NCBI GenBank assembly: GCA_965232515.1
Contig: CBDDPY010000002.1
Coordinates: 4,096,001 to 4,160,000, forward strand
Length of the DNA stretch: 64,000 nucleotides
Direction: 5' to 3'
Source of the DNA: Alphaproteobacteria bacterium
GTDB taxonomy: Bacteria > Pseudomonadota > Alphaproteobacteria > GCA-2731375
The position numbers and the translations under genes were made by a program. The notes beneath the pieces were generated by a model. It was not told where the DNA came from and did not search any database. It was given only the letters and a program-made list of their open reading frames with translations. This document shows, in pieces, positions 12,731-22,280 of this stretch (the first letter of the stretch is position 1; each line of letters begins with the position of its first letter).

Positions 12731-13555
12731 ATGCGTCGTCTTCTCCTCGGCATTATCGGCCTGCTTATCGCCTGCCAACCGGTGCGGGCCGAGCAGAAGC
12801 CGCTGTTCGAGTTCGGCGTCGTCGGCGGGGCCGGCTACGTGCCGAACTATCCGGCCTCCGACGAAAGCAGCGTCGAGGCCATCGCCCTGCCGTATTTCGT
12901 CTATCGCGGCGAGATCATTCGCGCCGGCGACCGCGGGCTGGTGCGCGGCCGGCTCATCCGGCGGCGAAACGTCGAGCTCGACATTTCGCTGAGCGGCTCG
13001 TTCTCGACCGATTCCGACGACAACGACGCCCGTCGGGGCATGCCGGATCTGGACTATCTGGTCGAGGTCGGGCCGCGGCTGCAACTGACGCTGGCGCGCG
13101 CCGAACGCTGGGCCAAGCTGGAGTTGGAGTTGCCGCTGCGCGCCGTATTCTCGACCGACCTGTCGAGTATCGATCATCGCGGCTTCGTCTTCGCGCCCGA
13201 GCTTGCCTATCAGCACGAGAATCTGCTGCAGACCGGCACGCAATTGAAGCTCAGCATTGGCGCCAAGTTCGCCGACGAGGAGCTGCAGGACTATTTCTAC
13301 GAGGTCGACGACCGCTTCGAGACATCGACACGGCCAGCATTCGAAGCCGACTTCGGTTATCTCGGCAGCCGGTTGCAGCTGCTGGCGTCGCGGCCGTTCG
13401 GCAAGCGCTTCAGGGCTTTCGCGGGCGGCGCTATCGACCTGCATCAGGGCGCGGCGAACGAGGACAGTCCGCTGTTCCGCGAAGATGTCACTTATTCGGT
13501 CGGAATCGGCCTGATCTGGTCGTTCTATCACTCCGACCGCACCGTCGACGAATAG
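12731..13555 (+). CDS. MipA/OmpV-family outer-membrane protein
   Basis: Signal peptide; VPNYPASDE..ALPYFVYRG, RRGMPDLDYLVEVGP, NEDSPLF; amphipathic beta strands. Confidence 0.85.
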   Translation: MRRLLLGIIGLLIACQPVRAEQKPLFEFGVVGGAGYVPNYPASDESSVEAIALPYFVYRGEIIRAGDRGLVRGRLIRRRNVELDISLSGSFSTDSDDNDARRGMPDLDYLVEVGPRLQLTLARAERWAKLELELPLRAVFSTDLSSIDHRGFVFAPELAYQHENLLQTGTQLKLSIGAKFADEELQDYFYEVDDRFETSTRPAFEADFGYLGSRLQLLASRPFGKRFRAFAGGAIDLHQGAANEDSPLFREDVTYSVGIGLIWSFYHSDRTVDE

Positions 13556-13729
13556 CACCGGCGGTCGTTGGGCTCGACCCAACGTTGACACATGCCCGTC
13601 ATGCAACGCTCACAGAAGTGCTCGCGGACCGATGCCAGCTAAGTGTCATTGCAGGCGCCGCCGCTGGCGACAAGGCGGAGACGGCGACGACGCCCGTTCC
13701 CAGCGGCCCGCAATTCGAAGGAGGTGCAG

Positions 13730-13984
13730 ATGAAGAAGCTGATCGCAAGCCTTGCCGCCGCAACGTGGCTAATGGCCGCCGGCGCCGCCTTTGCCGAAGA
13801 GGCGAAGGGCACTGTTCAGGCAATGGATGTCGACACCCGACTGATCATGCTGGACAACGGCGACACGTTCCGCGTCGTCGAGGGCACGCCGATGGCGGAT
13901 CTGAAACCCGGCGACGAGGTAACGGTGTCCTACGAGATGCAGGGTGGCGAGAAGATCGCGCTCGACATCAAGCTCGAACAATAA
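13730..13984 (+). CDS. Small secreted DUF1344-like (OB-fold) protein
   Basis: GGAGG RBS; signal peptide ending AFA; GTVQAMD...IMLDNGDTF...LKPGDEVTVSY. Confidence 0.75.
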   Translation: MKKLIASLAAATWLMAAGAAFAEEAKGTVQAMDVDTRLIMLDNGDTFRVVEGTPMADLKPGDEVTVSYEMQGGEKIALDIKLEQ

Positions 13985-13995
13985 GCCGCCTCGCG

Positions 13996-14043
13996 AAAAA
14001 CCGACCGGCCGCACGCCACCTGGTGTGCGGCCGGTCTGGTTTT
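13996..14043. terminator. Bidirectional terminator between convergent genes
   Basis: AAAAACC-GACCGGCCGCAC...GTGCGGCCGGTC-TGGTTTT: long stem flanked by A and T runs. Confidence 0.75.
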
Positions 14044-14048
14044 CGACG

Positions 14049-14837
14049 CTAACAAGACGAGAGAGAGATACGCTCCGACAACAACTCGCTGTAACCGCTC
14101 CGACGGAGAAAGCAGCCGATCTCGGTCGACGGGATAACAGTGGTTTCGCCGGCGATCGGCAGCTTCAAGCTGCTGTCCGCCGACCCGGACAGCGCCAGTT
14201 CGGCCGTGCGGTAGCCGCGCACGACGCCGGTCAGACCGCCGGTTGCCTGATCGAAGACGCCGCCACCGCTCATGCCGTAGCTGACGGAAGCGTCAATCAG
14301 ACGAACGGGGCCGGAAATCGGCACACGGTCGTGAAGGCCGGTCTGCCAGGTAATCTGGCTGACCACGCCGTTCACGACCGTGCGGGCCCGCCCCCACGGA
14401 AACGCCACGACCCAGACGCCGTCGCCGAGCACAGACGACGACTGAAACTCGATCGCGGACAAACCCAAATCGCTTGCCGACAGCAACGCCAGGTCGGCAT
14501 CCAGGTCCATCGCCAACACCTCGACGGGGACCCGGTCGCCGTGCAGCGGCCGTGCGGCATAAATCGATTGCGTGACCACCGGCTTCAGCAGATGCGCGGT
14601 GGTCAGAATTATTGTGCGGTCCGTCTTCGGATCGACGGCGATCACGACCGCCGAGCCGGCCCGCCGGCCGCCGCCCTCACGCTCGGTGAAGAGCTGGACG
14701 GTGCTGGCGAGCGACGTTTCGATGATGTCCGTTCGGCGGTCGATGGCGTCGCCGCGCTCGGCAACGTCGCCGGTCTCGTTCGTCGAGACGCAACCGACCA
14801 GCAGACTGGCCATCAGAAGCGCGCCGAAAAACCGCAT
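14049..14837 (-). CDS. Trypsin-like serine protease, probable lipoprotein
   Basis: Lipobox LVGC; catalytic triad contexts LTTAHLL, ADLALL, GMSGGGVF. Confidence 0.85.
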   Translation of the reverse strand: MRFFGALLMASLLVGCVSTNETGDVAERGDAIDRRTDIIETSLASTVQLFTEREGGGRRAGSAVVIAVDPKTDRTIILTTAHLLKPVVTQSIYAARPLHGDRVPVEVLAMDLDADLALLSASDLGLSAIEFQSSSVLGDGVWVVAFPWGRARTVVNGVVSQITWQTGLHDRVPISGPVRLIDASVSYGMSGGGVFDQATGGLTGVVRGYRTAELALSGSADSSLKLPIAGETTVIPSTEIGCFLRRSGYSELLSERISLSSC

Positions 14838-14903
14838 CGAAAACCGCCTCTACCTCATGAAAACCGTCCGGCAGGACAGCGGTTAACAATTGCTTCGGTT
14901 TGG

Positions 14904-14918
14904 TAAAGATTTGGTTAA
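14904..14918 (-). promoter_or_regulatory. CtrA-like box upstream of the protease gene
   Basis: Minus strand TTAA-CCAAATC-TTTA (one mismatch to TTAA-N7-TTAA), plus a GTTAAC half-site at about 14882. Confidence 0.45.
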
Positions 14919-15634
14919 TTTGTCGGTCGGATCGATGTCGCGGGGCCCAGCGAAGCCGATCGGCCACCGCTTATCTCGGTGATCAGTTTGCGCTTGATCG
15001 CACGCGCAAAATCGGCGGAATCGTCGGCCGTCTGCAGGAACGCCCCGGGCCCGCCGATCAGATTCTCGGCGTAATAGCTGTCGAGATCGGATTCCTCTTC
15101 CAGGATCGCCAAACCATTCACCGTCACGCCGGCCGCCACCGCCTGACCGCGGGCCAGCACCGGCGCCGTACCGACGTTGGCCCGACCGTCGCCGGACACA
15201 TCGATGACCTGCCGCTGGCCCTGGAAGTCGTTCGCCGCCAGGGCGGCGAGACCGAACAGCACAGCGTCGCCGAGCGCGGTGCCGCCGGCCCGCACCCGGC
15301 GAGGCGCGGCGTCGATGCGGTCGGCAAACGCGGCCGCGCTCGCCGTATCCTCGACAAGCGCCCAATCGACCAACACGGCCTGGGCGCCGACGCCCGACCA
15401 CTGGACCAAGCTGACCGCGATGCCGCGCGGCGTGGCGGCGCGAATTGCGGCGGCAACGGAGGGATCACGGAACGCGGCGGCGAGACCCTGCATTTGCAGG
15501 CTGTATTCCTGATACCGCACGCTGGCCGAGGCATCGACCGCCAACACCAGCTCCAGGTCGACGCTGCGGGCCGATGCCTGGCCGCCCGCCAAGATGGCGC
15601 AGAGCTGCAAAACGATGATCAACGGCCGAAACAC
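14915..15634 (-). CDS. DUF1194 (vWA-like) secreted protein
   Basis: VDLELVLAVDASASV (MIDAS-like), VIDVSGDG, VTVNGLAI, VIGGPGAF-type motif, F..AI.RKL..EIS. Confidence 0.88.
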   Translation of the reverse strand: MFRPLIIVLQLCAILAGGQASARSVDLELVLAVDASASVRYQEYSLQMQGLAAAFRDPSVAAAIRAATPRGIAVSLVQWSGVGAQAVLVDWALVEDTASAAAFADRIDAAPRRVRAGGTALGDAVLFGLAALAANDFQGQRQVIDVSGDGRANVGTAPVLARGQAVAAGVTVNGLAILEEESDLDSYYAENLIGGPGAFLQTADDSADFARAIKRKLITEISGGRSASLGPATSIRPTN

Positions 15635-15693
15635 GGCCCCGAACCTAGCGCACGACGGTCAGCAAGTCTGCCTGGAAGGAACGACGTCAGCCG

Positions 15694-17661
15694 TCAGTGC
15701 GAGACACGCCCGCGGCTTTGCCATGCCTGGCGCGCCGTCGGCAACCGCAGCAGGCCAAAGCCCAGCAGCGCGGTCAGCATCAACAACAGGCCGTTGGGCT
15801 CGGGGATCAGAATCGCGGGATCGCCCGGCGGGTCGGGATCGGGAAACGGATTCGGGCCTGGTCCGGGGCCAGGGCCTGGGCCAGGACCCGGGCCAGGATC
15901 AACGGGCGCGCCATTCACGAAAAGCCCGTTGACGCTGCCGCCAGAGTCGTCGCTGCTCAACAGATTGCCCGTCAGGTCGAAGTGCAACAACTCGCCGCCG
16001 TCCGCCAGACTGCTGATCCACAAGGTGTCGTCGAACGGATCGTAGGCCAGCCCGGCAAGCGCGTCGGCGCCGAGCCCGGTCGAAATCTGACTGAGGGCGT
16101 TGCCGTCAAAATCGAAAACATAGACGTCGCCATCGAGGAACGAGCCGACGAACAGCGCGTTGCCGTCGGTGTCCAGACCGGCGATACCGAGCGTATCGGT
16201 GACCTGCAGCGTGATGCTGTTCAGCAATGCGCCGTCGGTGCCGTATTCCTGAATCAGGTTCTGATCAAACAGGCCCGCCAGCAGGTTCGTTCCGTTATTG
16301 CCCAGCGCCTCGATGCCACTGCCGCCGAAATAGAACGTCGACGTGCCGAAACGTGGATCGACGGCCGCGATGCCGTGGGTCCGGTTAGCAACGTAGAGTT
16401 GATCGTCGAGTACGGTGAGACCGCTGTTGCCGGCTATGCCGGTCGACTGGTCCAAACCGCTGACGGCGCCACCCTGACGATCGAAGGCCGTCAGCCGCTG
16501 CAGATCGCCGACCAGCTGCACGCCCAAGACCGATCCCTGGGGCGGCTCATAGGCCGCGAAATCGCCGAACCCACCCGAAACGTTGCCGTTCTGGTTCGAC
16601 GGGCCCGAGGCAATCGATTGCACGTTGGCGAAGGTATTGCCGCTGACGTCGGACGTCACCGGCGTGCTGTTGCGTACGGCGCGCCCAGGGACGGCGTCGT
16701 TCAGGAAGGTGTTGTCCTGAATCGTCAGCGCGTCTTGCGCATAGGTCGGCGTCCCGTTGCCCCGGTATTGATAGTTGACGATGCTGCGGTTGATGCTGCG
16801 CGGATTGCCCTGGGCGTCACGCTGGATGAAGGTGTTGCCCTCGACCGTGCCGACGCCGCCTTCGGTGATGTCGACGCTATAGCTCGGCACCTCGCCGGGC
16901 GGCCCGTCGCCATCCTCGAACGTGTTGTTCTGGATAGTCGTCGTTTTTGCCCGACTCTTGACGTGATGGCCGACCCGCGTCGCCTCGAAATAGCTGTTGG
17001 TGACGGTCAGGCTGTTGACGTTGTTGGCGTAGATCCCATGCGTCGCGCCGCCGCCGAAACCATTGCGCTCGAACCGCGAACCGTCGATGTCAATGTTGGT
17101 GCTATCCTGGTCGTTCGCCAGGATACCGTCCTCGTTGTCGTGGAAATAGCTGTTTCGGACGGTCAAATTGCCGTTCTGCATGCGGATGCCGGCGCCGTTC
17201 CGCGAGGGAACCTTGGCGCCGGAGAATTCGATGTTTTCGATATAGACATCGGGCGCGGCGCCCTTGGTCCCGACAACGAGAATGCCCTTGCCGGACTCCA
17301 AACGACCGCCGGGTCCCTGGTCCGCCTTCAGATGGACGCGACCGCCGACGCCGATGATCCGCACGTCGCGGCGAATGGTGGCGAAGTTGTTGACGTAGGT
17401 GCCGGCGCGGACGCAGATCGTGTCGCCGGCTTGTGCCGCGTCGACGCCGGACCTCAATGTCGTATGCGCTTCGCCAGCACCGACCCAGAGAATATTGCCG
17501 GACGGCGCGTTGCACGACGAACCTGACGTCGGCATCGCCAAGGATTCGGACGGCGTTACCGCAGAAAACAGCGCAACTATCACAAGAACTGGCAGCCAGA
17601 TGGAGTCGAATACGCGAACGCCAAAATGGCAGCACTGCGCCAACCGCAGTCTGTTACTCAT
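15694..17661 (-). CDS. PEP-CTERM surface protein with right-handed beta-helix and a propeller-like repeat domain
   Basis: N-terminal hydrophobic signal; RNGAGIR, NEDGIL, HGIY, GHHVKSRA beta-helix motifs; Gly-Pro linker; C-terminal IPEP, TM helix and Arg residues. Start uncertain. Confidence 0.8.
   Translation of the reverse strand: MSNRLRLAQCCHFGVRVFDSIWLPVLVIVALFSAVTPSESLAMPTSGSSCNAPSGNILWVGAGEAHTTLRSGVDAAQAGDTICVRAGTYVNNFATIRRDVRIIGVGGRVHLKADQGPGGRLESGKGILVVGTKGAAPDVYIENIEFSGAKVPSRNGAGIRMQNGNLTVRNSYFHDNEDGILANDQDSTNIDIDGSRFERNGFGGGATHGIYANNVNSLTVTNSYFEATRVGHHVKSRAKTTTIQNNTFEDGDGPPGEVPSYSVDITEGGVGTVEGNTFIQRDAQGNPRSINRSIVNYQYRGNGTPTYAQDALTIQDNTFLNDAVPGRAVRNSTPVTSDVSGNTFANVQSIASGPSNQNGNVSGGFGDFAAYEPPQGSVLGVQLVGDLQRLTAFDRQGGAVSGLDQSTGIAGNSGLTVLDDQLYVANRTHGIAAVDPRFGTSTFYFGGSGIEALGNNGTNLLAGLFDQNLIQEYGTDGALLNSITLQVTDTLGIAGLDTDGNALFVGSFLDGDVYVFDFDGNALSQISTGLGADALAGLAYDPFDDTLWISSLADGGELLHFDLTGNLLSSDDSGGSVNGLFVNGAPVDPGPGPGPGPGPGPGPNPFPDPDPPGDPAILIPEPNGLLLMLTALLGFGLLRLPTARQAWQSRGRVSH
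15819..15900 (-). repeat. In-frame Gly-Pro tandem repeat linker (DPGPGPGPGPGPGPGPNPFPDPDPPGDP)
   Basis: Degenerate 6-bp periodicity using synonymous codons, immediately before the PEP-CTERM signal. Confidence 0.85.
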
Positions 17662-17856
17662 TTGCAAAGTCTTTTTCCGTCAACAGTTACCGGGAATTGA
17701 AAGACCGGTACGCATTAGACGATTGCGAAGGACGGAATACTCGTAGCCATTCGGTGCCAATATGATGACCGGCCTCGCCACTGTGCTGTCACAGGCCTGG
17801 CGGCACCGACATGAGCGTGACGGACCGGTCGCCGACAGGGCCGACCGGCCGCGGAT

Positions 17857-18693
17857 TCAACCAATCAGCTTGGCGTAGTCGTCCAGCAGGGGGAGCACGG
17901 TGTCGCGATCGGCGGACGGCAATTCAAGCAGGGCGCGGCTGATACCAGCCTCGCGATAGCCGTCGAGGACAGCCGCGTCCGCCGGCGCGCGGAAGACTGT
18001 GACCGAGAGCGTCGACATATCGCGACCGTTCGCTTCCGCCATGTTGCGCAGCCGGGTCATGCCGTCGTTCGGATCGAAGGCATAGTTGGCGCGTGGGAAC
18101 CAGCCGTCGCAGAATTCGACGACCCGCCGCAGCGTATGGTCGGTCTCGCCCCCGAGGACGATCGGCGGATGCGGCTGCTGTGCCGGCTTGGGCCAGGACC
18201 AGATCGGATCGAAATTGACGAACTCGCCGTGGAATTCGGCGTTCTCCTCGGTCCAGATCGCCTTCATGGCTAGGACGTTTTCACGCAACAACTTGAAGCG
18301 GGTTTTGTACTCGGCGCCGTGGTTTTCCATTTCCTCGACATTCCAGCCGCCGCCCATACCGAAAACGAAACGTCCGCCCGACAGCAGATCCAGGCTGGCG
18401 ATCGACTTCGCCGTGACAATGGGGTCACGCTGCGGCACCAGGCAGATGCCGGTGCCGAGCTTCAACGTCGTCGTCACCCGCGCCGCGAACGCCAGCGCCA
18501 CGAACGGATCATGCGTGTGCGAATAGTGCTTCGGCAGATCGCCGCCGCCCGGGAACGGCGTGCGCCGACTGGCCGGTATATGCGTGTGCTCCGGCAGGAA
18601 TAGGGAATCGAAGCCGCGGCTCTCGAGCTCGGGCGCCAGCTCGTCGGTGCGAATGCTGTAGTCCGTGGCAAAGATAAAGACACCGATATCCAT
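17857..18693 (-). CDS. LLM-class (luciferase-like) oxidoreductase, probable F420-dependent Rv2161c-like family
   Basis: EHTHIPASRRTP, LGTGICLVPQRDPIVTAK, GWNVEEMENHG, PKPAQQPHPPI. Confidence 0.85.
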   Translation of the reverse strand: MDIGVFIFATDYSIRTDELAPELESRGFDSLFLPEHTHIPASRRTPFPGGGDLPKHYSHTHDPFVALAFAARVTTTLKLGTGICLVPQRDPIVTAKSIASLDLLSGGRFVFGMGGGWNVEEMENHGAEYKTRFKLLRENVLAMKAIWTEENAEFHGEFVNFDPIWSWPKPAQQPHPPIVLGGETDHTLRRVVEFCDGWFPRANYAFDPNDGMTRLRNMAEANGRDMSTLSVTVFRAPADAAVLDGYREAGISRALLELPSADRDTVLPLLDDYAKLIG

Positions 18694-18912
18694 GACGGCT
18701 CCTTCTGATCAGATCTGGCGGGCGGGAACGCGCACGCGGCCGAACGATATTAGACCGGAGCACAGGCGGCGCGTCCACGACAACCGGCGCACTCGGGCGC
18801 GGCGCGTCACCGAATTGCCACGCGGAAGTCGGTTGTCGCCGGCGGCGCGATCGGGCGGAATGATCGGGCCTCTACTCCATTGTGTGGCCAGGGGGCAGCG
18901 GCCCGCCTTTGC

Positions 18913-20328
18913 TCAAGCCCGTCGGGCGGGCCGCTCTTTCTCCCCGAGCTCGATCCCCGACCAGTCCTGCAGCCGCAGGCTGCGAACCTGCACCGCCTGT
19001 CCGAACCCTTTGACGTCGTGCATCACTGGTTCCGCAAAGCCCGCCGTCAGTACCCGCGCCGCGTCCGACGCCTCCCGCCGCAGGCCGGTCTCGAAATCGG
19101 CGCTGATAACGATGTCGCAGCCAATCGTGCGGGTCAGGCCTTGTATCCGGCTGGCGAGATTGACGGCGCTGCCGACGGTTACGAACGCCATGTTCCGATC
19201 GTTGCCGATATCGCCCATGACCAGCGATCCGTAGTGCAAGCCGATGCCCATGCCGAGCGGCGGCAGGCCCCGCGCCCGACGGTCGGCATTGAGGTCATCG
19301 AGCGCGGCGAACATGGCCTGTGCACAGCATATGGCATGACAGCAATCGTGCGAGCCCGCCCGCGGCGTGCCGAACGTCGCCATCACGGCGTCGCCGATAT
19401 ACTTCTCCAGCGTCCCGCCAAAGGCGAAGATCTGCCGCTCCATGGCGCCGTGGAACTCGCGCAGGACGGCCAGCACATCGGTCGCCGGAAGATCTTCGGT
19501 CAAGCTGCTGTAATCCCGCAGATCGGCAAACAGGACGGCGGCCGCGATCTGATCGGCGTCGCCCAACGGCACGTCCCGGCTGGCCAGGCTGTCGATGACC
19601 GTCGGCGAGAAATAGCGCGAAAGGTTGCCACGCTGCCGCTCGATGCGGGCGGCCTGCAATGCGACGCGACGCATTCGAGCGACAACGAATGCCGCGCCGA
19701 CGGCGACGATCATGAGTATCACGGCTTCCTGGGACCAACGCTCGAGCTCGAGGTATTCGGGCCGCAGCATGAACAAAAGCTGGTCGAGGTCGGTCATGTC
19801 ATCGTGAAGGTCGACCTCTGTGACGACACCCGGCAGCTGCACCAGATAGCTGACGACCGTTGCCCACGCGATAAGTATGCAGCCCGCGAACCAGACAAGC
19901 GCCCAGGGCGAAAAGTAAAGAATTGAAAACAGCAGCAGCAGGAACCCGTAGACGAACGTCGGCTCCCGCGATACCAGCGCCGGGTACTGGCGGACCATCG
20001 TGTCATCCGGCCAGGGCATGAGCGAGAGCGTCATCAGCATCGTGATGTCGACAGCGATGAAGACGTATTTCGGCCAAGCCCAATCGAGCTTCCGCCAGAC
20101 CATGATGAGTTGACACAGACCCACAGGCGCGAAGGCCAGATGCACCAGCGCGTCCATACGCCGTTCGGCCGGCGAGTCCCCGGGCTCGAAGTCGATCAGA
20201 TAGAACACGATCAAGACGCCGAACCGCAGCATGACCGAGAGCAGCAGCGCCCGACGCGCCTCGGCTTCATAGAGCGCGCGAACGCGCCCCTCGCTTCTCG
20301 ACGCGGTGCGTTTAGGCCAGATCCGCAC
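18913..20328 (-). CDS. Membrane-bound class III adenylate cyclase
   Basis: About 6 TM helices, then LSRYFSP, FADLRDYS, EKYIGDAVMA (ATP-specifying Lys), VTVGSAVNLASR. GTG start overlapping the crp stop is inferred. Confidence 0.88.
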   Translation of the reverse strand: MRIWPKRTASRSEGRVRALYEAEARRALLLSVMLRFGVLIVFYLIDFEPGDSPAERRMDALVHLAFAPVGLCQLIMVWRKLDWAWPKYVFIAVDITMLMTLSLMPWPDDTMVRQYPALVSREPTFVYGFLLLLFSILYFSPWALVWFAGCILIAWATVVSYLVQLPGVVTEVDLHDDMTDLDQLLFMLRPEYLELERWSQEAVILMIVAVGAAFVVARMRRVALQAARIERQRGNLSRYFSPTVIDSLASRDVPLGDADQIAAAVLFADLRDYSSLTEDLPATDVLAVLREFHGAMERQIFAFGGTLEKYIGDAVMATFGTPRAGSHDCCHAICCAQAMFAALDDLNADRRARGLPPLGMGIGLHYGSLVMGDIGNDRNMAFVTVGSAVNLASRIQGLTRTIGCDIVISADFETGLRREASDAARVLTAGFAEPVMHDVKGFGQAVQVRSLRLQDWSGIELGEKERPARRA

Positions 20329-21046
20329 CGTTCGCCAATCTTTCCAACGCGCGGCGGTCGGTAATGACGACATAGCCGTCATCGATCTCGATGACGCCCC
20401 GCTGACGAAGCCCCTGGAGCCTGCGGTTCACTTTCTCGCGCGAGGCGTCGACCATCTGGCCCAGATCCTGTTGCGACAGCCGCAGCTCGATCCGCACGCC
20501 CGCCGGGACCGGCCGCCCGTAGCTATCGGCCATCAGCAACAGACGTTTGGCAAGGCGGCCCTCGAGATCGAGAAAAGCGGCGTCCTCGATCAGCGCGCTG
20601 GTCCAGCGCAGCCGTTCGCACAGCAACGCCACGATGTGACGGGAGAGGTCAGGGCTCTTGTCCAGCAGCGGTAAAAAGTCGCGCCGCCGCAACAGGACGA
20701 CGTCAAGCGGCCCCTTGGCGACGGCATTCGCGGTGCGGGGCCGGCCGTCGAGCAGGCCGATCTCGCCGAAAATCTCGCCCGGCCCCAGCAGATTGAGCAG
20801 AATTTCCTTGCCCGCCGCCGAAAGTACGGAGATCCGCACTTGGCCGCTGGCCACCGCCAACAGGCCGTCAGCCTCGTCTCCCTTGGAAAACAGCAGTTCG
20901 CCGTTGGCGTAGCGCTTCGACACCGCCAGATCGATGATCCTGCACAGCAGGTCTTCCTCCAGCCCGGCAAACAGGAAGCTGCCGCGCAGCAATGCCGACG
21001 CCGACTGCGCGGCCGCCGGATCGGGCCTTGTATCGCTCGCCAGCAT
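20312..21046 (-). CDS. Crp/Fnr-family transcriptional regulator (cNMP-binding)
   Basis: FGEIGLLDGRPRTANA cNMP pocket; HTH SQQDLGQMVDASREKVNR. ATG 21046 preferred over the longer ORF. Confidence 0.92.
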   Translation of the reverse strand: MLASDTRPDPAAAQSASALLRGSFLFAGLEEDLLCRIIDLAVSKRYANGELLFSKGDEADGLLAVASGQVRISVLSAAGKEILLNLLGPGEIFGEIGLLDGRPRTANAVAKGPLDVVLLRRRDFLPLLDKSPDLSRHIVALLCERLRWTSALIEDAAFLDLEGRLAKRLLLMADSYGRPVPAGVRIELRLSQQDLGQMVDASREKVNRRLQGLRQRGVIEIDDGYVVITDRRALERLANGADLA

Positions 21047-21085
21047 GCACCCATCCAGATAACGGAAACGGCGCGCGTTCGACCG

Positions 21086-21101
21086 TGTTACCCGGGTCAC
21101 A
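21086..21101. promoter_or_regulatory. Crp-type binding site between divergent crp and mipA genes
   Basis: TGTTA-CCCGGG-TCACA, 9/10 match to TGTGA-N6-TCACA. Confidence 0.65.
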
Positions 21102-21158
21102 TCGCGCGGTCGTCGATCAAGCTTTTCTGCCTTCATCGGGACATGATGGAGACAGCAA

Positions 21159-21989
21159 GTGCAATCAATAGCATCTCAGTGCTCGGCGGCAACAATCTCG
21201 GCGATTCTGCTTTTCGCGGCGGTCATATCGACCCCATCTGCCGGCGCGGCGGACACCATGGCCGAAACAAAGAACGGCGCGGCCGGAAAGGGGTTCTGGC
21301 AGGATTTCGACTTGACGGTCGGCGGCGCGGCGGGCGTGGCGCCCGCATATGAGGGCGCCGACAGCTACGAAGCCGTCGCTTTGCCGTTCTTCGAGCTGAG
21401 CTGGCGCGACAGGATCTTCGTGGGCTTGGACGGCATTCGCGCGCTGAACCCGTTAACCGAGAATATCCGGATCGGACCGCTGCTGAGCTATGACGGCGGC
21501 CGGGACGAAGACGACGACGACGATCTTGACGGCCTCGGCGACGTCGACGGCTCAATCACGCTCGGCGTCGTCGCCGAGGTCGAATTGGGGCCGTATCAGC
21601 TTGGCGCCCGTGTCGAGAAGGCAATCGACGGCCATACCGGTTGGCTGGCGGCGCTGTCGGCAAGCCGCAACTTCCAGCTCTCGGAGCGGCTGAACCTCAG
21701 TCTCGCGCTGGAGACCAGCCTCGCGGACGAGGATTACATGAGTGATTTCTTCGGCATCACCGCGCTGCAGTCGGAGCGGAGCGGGCTTTCGCGGTTCGAC
21801 GCCGATGCCGGTTTCAAGGACGTCGGCGTCAGCCTGAGCCTGAACTATGCCCTGACCGACAATTGGCTGCTTTTCGCGAGCGCCGGCTACGCGCGCCTGG
21901 TTGGCGACGCGGCCGACAGTCCACTCGTCGAGGACCGCGGCTCGGCCGATCAATTCAGCGCCATGGTGGGCGGCGGTTACCGGTTCTAA
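21159..21989 (+). CDS. MipA/OmpV-family outer-membrane protein
   Basis: Signal peptide; APAYEGAD, DEDYMSDFFGI, LVGDAADSPLV; C-terminal YRF barrel signature. Confidence 0.9.
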   Translation: MQSIASQCSAATISAILLFAAVISTPSAGAADTMAETKNGAAGKGFWQDFDLTVGGAAGVAPAYEGADSYEAVALPFFELSWRDRIFVGLDGIRALNPLTENIRIGPLLSYDGGRDEDDDDDLDGLGDVDGSITLGVVAEVELGPYQLGARVEKAIDGHTGWLAALSASRNFQLSERLNLSLALETSLADEDYMSDFFGITALQSERSGLSRFDADAGFKDVGVSLSLNYALTDNWLLFASAGYARLVGDAADSPLVEDRGSADQFSAMVGGGYRF

Positions 21990-22031
21990 GCCGGCCGCCC
22001 GTCCCTAACCGCAACCCAACGGGAGATCGAG

Positions 22032-22229
22032 ATGGAACGGACACCTTTCGAAACGCCCAGGCGCCATCCGCGGCGCGACCTGCTTCGCACGGCGTTGTTG
22101 ACCGCCTTTCTGACCGCCGTGATGACGGGCGCTATCTTGCTTGCGGCGTCGGCCAGCCGGGCCGACGTTGCTTGCGTCGCAGCGCCAACAGACTGCAATG
22201 CAGGGAACAGCGACTCGGTTCGCTACTGA
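22032..22229 (+). CDS. Small hypothetical exported/membrane protein (65 aa)
   Basis: GGGAG RBS; RRDLLR followed by a hydrophobic helix and ASRA; two Cys in the C-terminal tail. Confidence 0.5.
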   Translation: MERTPFETPRRHPRRDLLRTALLTAFLTAVMTGAILLAASASRADVACVAAPTDCNAGNSDSVRY

Positions 22230-22280
22230 CGGCCGGCCCGTCGTACTGTGACCGCAATGGGTCACTAAGAATTGCAAAAG

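Noticed and set aside
17744-17760. sigma54 promoter for the PEP-CTERM gene (TTGGCACCGAATGGCT)
   Set aside because: GG-to-GC spacing is 9 rather than the obligatory 10.
21047-21136. N-terminal extension of the Crp ORF
   Set aside because: The extension is not Crp-like and overlaps a near-perfect Crp box, so it is more likely promoter DNA.
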